Origin: Octopus bimaculoides | Taxonomy: Eukaryota | Reading direction: 5' to 3' | DNA: 39,724 nucleotides | Assembly (NCBI RefSeq): GCF_001194135.2 | Contig: NC_068982.1 | Coordinates: 98,171,698-98,211,421 of the forward strand | Shown: positions 35,851-39,724 of the stretch, one piece after another | Layout of the letters: each line of letters opens with the position of its first letter | How positions within the stretch are numbered: the stretch's first letter is position 1 | Translations under genes and position numbers: made by a program | The notes under the pieces: generated by a model | Told to the model about the DNA's origin: nothing | What the model saw: only the letters and a program-made list of their open reading frames with translations | Databases searched by the model: none

Positions 35851-35899
<49 letters not shown>

Positions 35900-36045
35900 A
35901 CACACACAATCACACAATCACGCGCGCACACACACGCACACATGTATGTATGTATGTATGTATGTATGTACGTATGTATGTATGTATGTATGTATGTATG
36001 TATGTATGTATGTATGTATGTATGTGTGTATGAATGTATGTAAGT
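35354..36045. repeat. Cluster of (TATG)n, (CATG)n, (CT)n and (CA)n microsatellites
   Basis: Direct reading, with short unique spacers between the tracts. Confidence 0.9.
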
Positions 36046-36424
36046 GGAGATCTTGCAAGTAATATTTATTAGTCTATTTTATAATGCTAGAAAGACACAT
36101 ACATATGTGTTCTAATTCTAGGCGCTCTGAGTTCAAATCTTACCCTATTCCATCCGTTACACCATTGCCACCACAACCTGGCACCATGAGTGCCTTTTAC
36201 AGAATCCACTCTCTTGTAAGCATTCAGTCTAGATCTCCGATTTGAAAAGACCATCCTTCCATCCTCTCACATATTTCAAACGCCTTGTGAAGTCTCATGA
36301 ATATTGCCTCGTGTTCTGACTTTTTAGGCAGGCGGAAGGCAATATTCATAAAAAACCCATATGTATGTGCTTTGCATATAGATAGTTCTTGAAGCTGTTT
36401 CTTAGTCCATTATATTAATAGAAT

Positions 36425-36814
36425 GTGGAGGCGCAATGGCCCAGTGCTTAGGGCAGCGGACTCGCGGTCATAGGATCGCGGTTTCGATTCCCAGACCGGG
36501 CGTTGTGAGTGTTTATTGAGCGAAAACACCTAAAGCTTCACGAGGCTCCGGCAGGGGATGGTGGCGAACCCTGCTGTACTCTTTCACCACAACTTTCTCT
36601 CACTCCTTCTTCCTGTTTCTGTTGTGCCTGTAACTCAAAGGGTCAGCCTTGTCATACTGTGTCACGCTGAATATCCACGAGAACTACGTTAAGAGTACAC
36701 GTGCCTGTGGAGTGCTCAGCCACTTGCACGTTAATTTCACGAGCAGGTTGTTCTGTTGATCGGATCAACTGGAACCCTCGACGTCGTAAGCGACGGAGTG
36801 CCAACAACAACAAC
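36425..36814 (+). mobile_element. tRNA-derived SINE, family D (tRNA-Arg-like head), full length, with (AAC)n tail and 13-bp TSD
   Basis: A-box tggcccagtgctt, B-box ggtttcgattcc, CORE-like ttgagcgaaaacacct and tail ccaacaacaacaac. It is flanked by identical ATATTAATAGAAT at 36412-36424 and 36815-36827. Confidence 0.92.
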
Positions 36815-37810
36815 ATATTAATAGAATACATGACAAATCTTACTGCTCCTGAGGGGTTCGTGGAAGTAGGGTCCGTAGCTACTTCATTCATAGGATCCTA
36901 TCAAAAGCAATCAACAGCTGTTACCTCCTGGACCCACTACGGGATCTCAGGACACACATACTCCGTATTCCCACCGCGCGCCTCCCAGAATAAGCTGCAG
37001 ACTTATTGCTAGTTCTACCGGCATTAACTCATCTCTTGTTAGCCTGCACGACGTACGATGCTTCCTGGCTATTCTTTTGAACCTTTTGCCTGTTGCAGCT
37101 TTTGTTGGTCTTGTTCGCGTCAGCTACCAAGCTGGTAATTGTATTGGACCCATGAAGTTGATTATAGTTAAAGGGCTATGGCCAACATACTACGGCAGTC
37201 AAAATATTTTTAGTTAATTTCAATTACCCACGTCATGAATATCTTTAAAAATTCATTAGCTTTATCAAATCTTTTCCAGAAGGACATGGGACGCAAGTCT
37301 GAAATCCAAATTTTAAAAAGATTGGCAGCATGGAGTAAGACATAACGGCCTTTGTTGTTGTTATTGCTGTTAATGATGATGATGATTAATATTATCCATA
37401 TTATCAGAAACAATACATCTTACCTATACTATGAGTGATATAGCACATATTATCTATGTTATTATTGACTTAGTATATAATATTCATATTATAAGAGCAA
37501 TAGTGCATATTACTCATAATATAAGAGCTATATTATATATTACTCATAGTATAAAAGCTATATAACATATTACTCATAACTAAGCTGAAATTTACACGTT
37601 TTCGCATCATTAGCATAACCAAACTTCTGCCGCTTTTAGGAATTCATATCTAATGAGCAAGCCCTCTCATTTTAAACGCAGTCAACCATTTTGTGCATCG
37701 TCAATGCCTATTATTTCATATATATTATTTCATATACATTGTAATTCAATACCAGTGAGGCAAACTATTGCTGTGAAGTGTGTAGAGTCCCATTAAAGAG
37801 GAAAAGATAG

Positions 37811-37843
<33 letters not shown>

Positions 37844-38349
37844 NNNNNNNNNNNNNNNNNNNNNNNNNNNNNNNNNNNNNNNNNNNNNNNNNNNNNNNNN
37901 NNNNNNNNNNNNNNNNNNNNNNNNNNNNNNNNNNNNNNNNNNNNNNNNNNNNNNNNNNNNNNNNNNNNNNNNNNNNNNNNNNNNNNNNNNNNNNNNNNNN
38001 NNNNNNNNNNNNNNNNNNNNNNNNNNNNNNNNNNNNNNNNNNNNNNNNNNNNNNNNNNNNNNNNNNNNNNNNNNNNNNNNNNNNNNNNNNNNNNNNNNNN
38101 NNNNNNNNNNNNNNNNNNNNNNNNNNNNNNNNNNNNNNNNNNNNNNNNNNNNNNNNNNNNNNNNNNNNNNNNNNNNNNNNNNNNNNNNNNNNNNNNNNNN
38201 NNNNNNNNNNNNNNNNNNNNNNNNNNNNNNNNNNNNNNNNNNNNNNNNNNNNNNNNNNNNNNNNNNNNNNNNNNNNNNNNNNNNNNNNNNNNNNNNNNNN
38301 NNNNNNNNNNNNNNNNNGAGAGAGAGAGAGAGAGAGTGAGAGAGCACCG

Positions 38350-39085
38350 CTACCTGGTCGCTCATCCCTTGCTAGAAATAACAGTCAAATCGAATTTAAA
38401 TTATAGACTACCATCTTAGAAAATTAGCATTAGATAATGTAATCTGGGTTATTTTATGTCTAGTGGGAAAAAAACGGGGTCAAGTCACAGATGGGATGTC
38501 TTTTTATCAGCCTGCTCAATCAGATTCATCCTGGGGCAAAAAAGAAAACAAAAGCGCCACCAAACCAACAATTATTGTTGCGAAATGTTTAGAGGCCCTT
38601 TAAAGAGAATTTCTACCTGGTCGCTTATCATGTGCTAGAAATAGCAGCCAAATCTACATCAAATCATATACTGCCGTATTATAAATGTCATATTGGATAA
38701 TGTGATCATGGGTAGTCTATACCTAGAAAAAAAGTCAGGATGGTCACGGGCAGAATTATTTTATAGTTTTGCTCAATCAGGACCATCTTACGACTAAAAA
38801 TGCAATCATCATATACCAACAACTATTGATGGGAAGAGTATAGCTTACCATAAGGGAAGGTATCTACCTAGTCATTCATCATGTGCTAGAAATAACAGCC
38901 AAATCTGCCTTAAATCATATATTGCCGCCTTAAAAAAAATCCCATTGAATAATGCAATCCGGGGTAATCGATACTTAGGTAAAAAAGACGAAATTTTTTT
39001 TTTTATTGGTCTGTTCAATCAGGATCATCTTGGGTCTAAAAAAGCACAACAACAAGAAGCATACCACCACACCAACAATAACTCT
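38350..39085. repeat. Degenerate tandem array of three ~255-bp units
   Basis: Units start ctacct(g/a)gtc..catc..tgctagaaata(a/g)cag(t/c)caaatc at 38350, 38613 and 38864, and share ataatg..atc..ggg and gctcaatcag..catc blocks. A related single unit lies at about 8033-8175. Confidence 0.85.
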
Positions 39086-39724
39086 AATGAACTAATTCTC
39101 TATTACCATATTCATTGAACCATTTCTCTTGGCTTCAGTACTTGTGATTGCACATACCTTACAATTCAATACTGGCATCTCAAATTATTGTGTTTCGGGA
39201 ATGCTACAAAATATATAGGTGTCCATTTTGACATGTCACTAATTTTCAGCAGCAATGTTGATAACATTTGCTACAGCTGCTCTCTTTCAGGAAAATAACA
39301 TGTATTAATAGACTTTTTATTTCTGTCGCTTTCTCTCTCTCTCTCTCTCTCTCATAGTGAAATCCTTATTCAAACCTTGATTACCACCATATTGGAGAAG
39401 CGTTATTCTTTGTTGGCTTCTGTAGGTCAAACAACGATAAATTACGACGTGTATGGAATGTTACTCTCCATCTTATTTATGTGCAATACATGCAGTTGTA
39501 AGAATAACAAGGATTGCTATGTAGAATTGTTTTTATTGACTAAATATTGATCAGAGACGTAAAACAAGAGCAAGCTTCTTGTCAGTTGATTCCATCAACC
39601 ACTTTCGATCCCCATTTGAATCACTTAATTACTTCTATAAGGCACTTGAGATAAGCATGTCTGCTACACAATATTATTTCACGCTTCTGTGAATATATGG
39701 ATTTATATATATATATATATATAT

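Noticed and set aside
36425-36500. tRNA gene
   Set aside because: A and B boxes are present, but no complete cloverleaf is evident. The sequence continues into a SINE body with tail and TSD.
36850-37210. Coding-like GC-richer stretch after the family D SINE
   Set aside because: No recognisable motif in any frame and frequent stops; left unassigned.

Overview
AT-rich eukaryotic genomic DNA, saturated with microsatellites and broken by ten N gaps that mostly sit at simple repeats. The SINE families and repeat landscape point to a cephalopod, most likely an Octopus species (inference, not confirmed by a search). I find no convincing host protein-coding gene, and nearly all listed ORFs are microsatellite or gap artefacts. 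The window is a layered transposon landscape. It holds a frameshifted but well-preserved Neptune-type Penelope-like element (RT + GIY-YIG, minus strand, 11578-13077). It also has relics of several LINE lineages, about 13 copies or fragments of one tRNA-derived SINE with an internal microsatellite, three other SINE families, and mariner-, hAT- and unclassified MITEs. The most unusual structures are five. (1) A minimal type I hammerhead ribozyme fold with a variant core (27586-27622), plus a degenerate one lying antisense just upstream of the Penelope ORF. (2) A head-to-head (TTAGGG)n/(CCCTAA)n palindrome whose arms share the same variant-repeat pattern. (3) A 313-bp foldback palindrome. (4) A TIR element carrying a coding-like fragment between 43-bp direct repeats. 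(5) A strong minus-strand bias of retroelements. Family and clade labels come from motif recognition by eye and need database confirmation.
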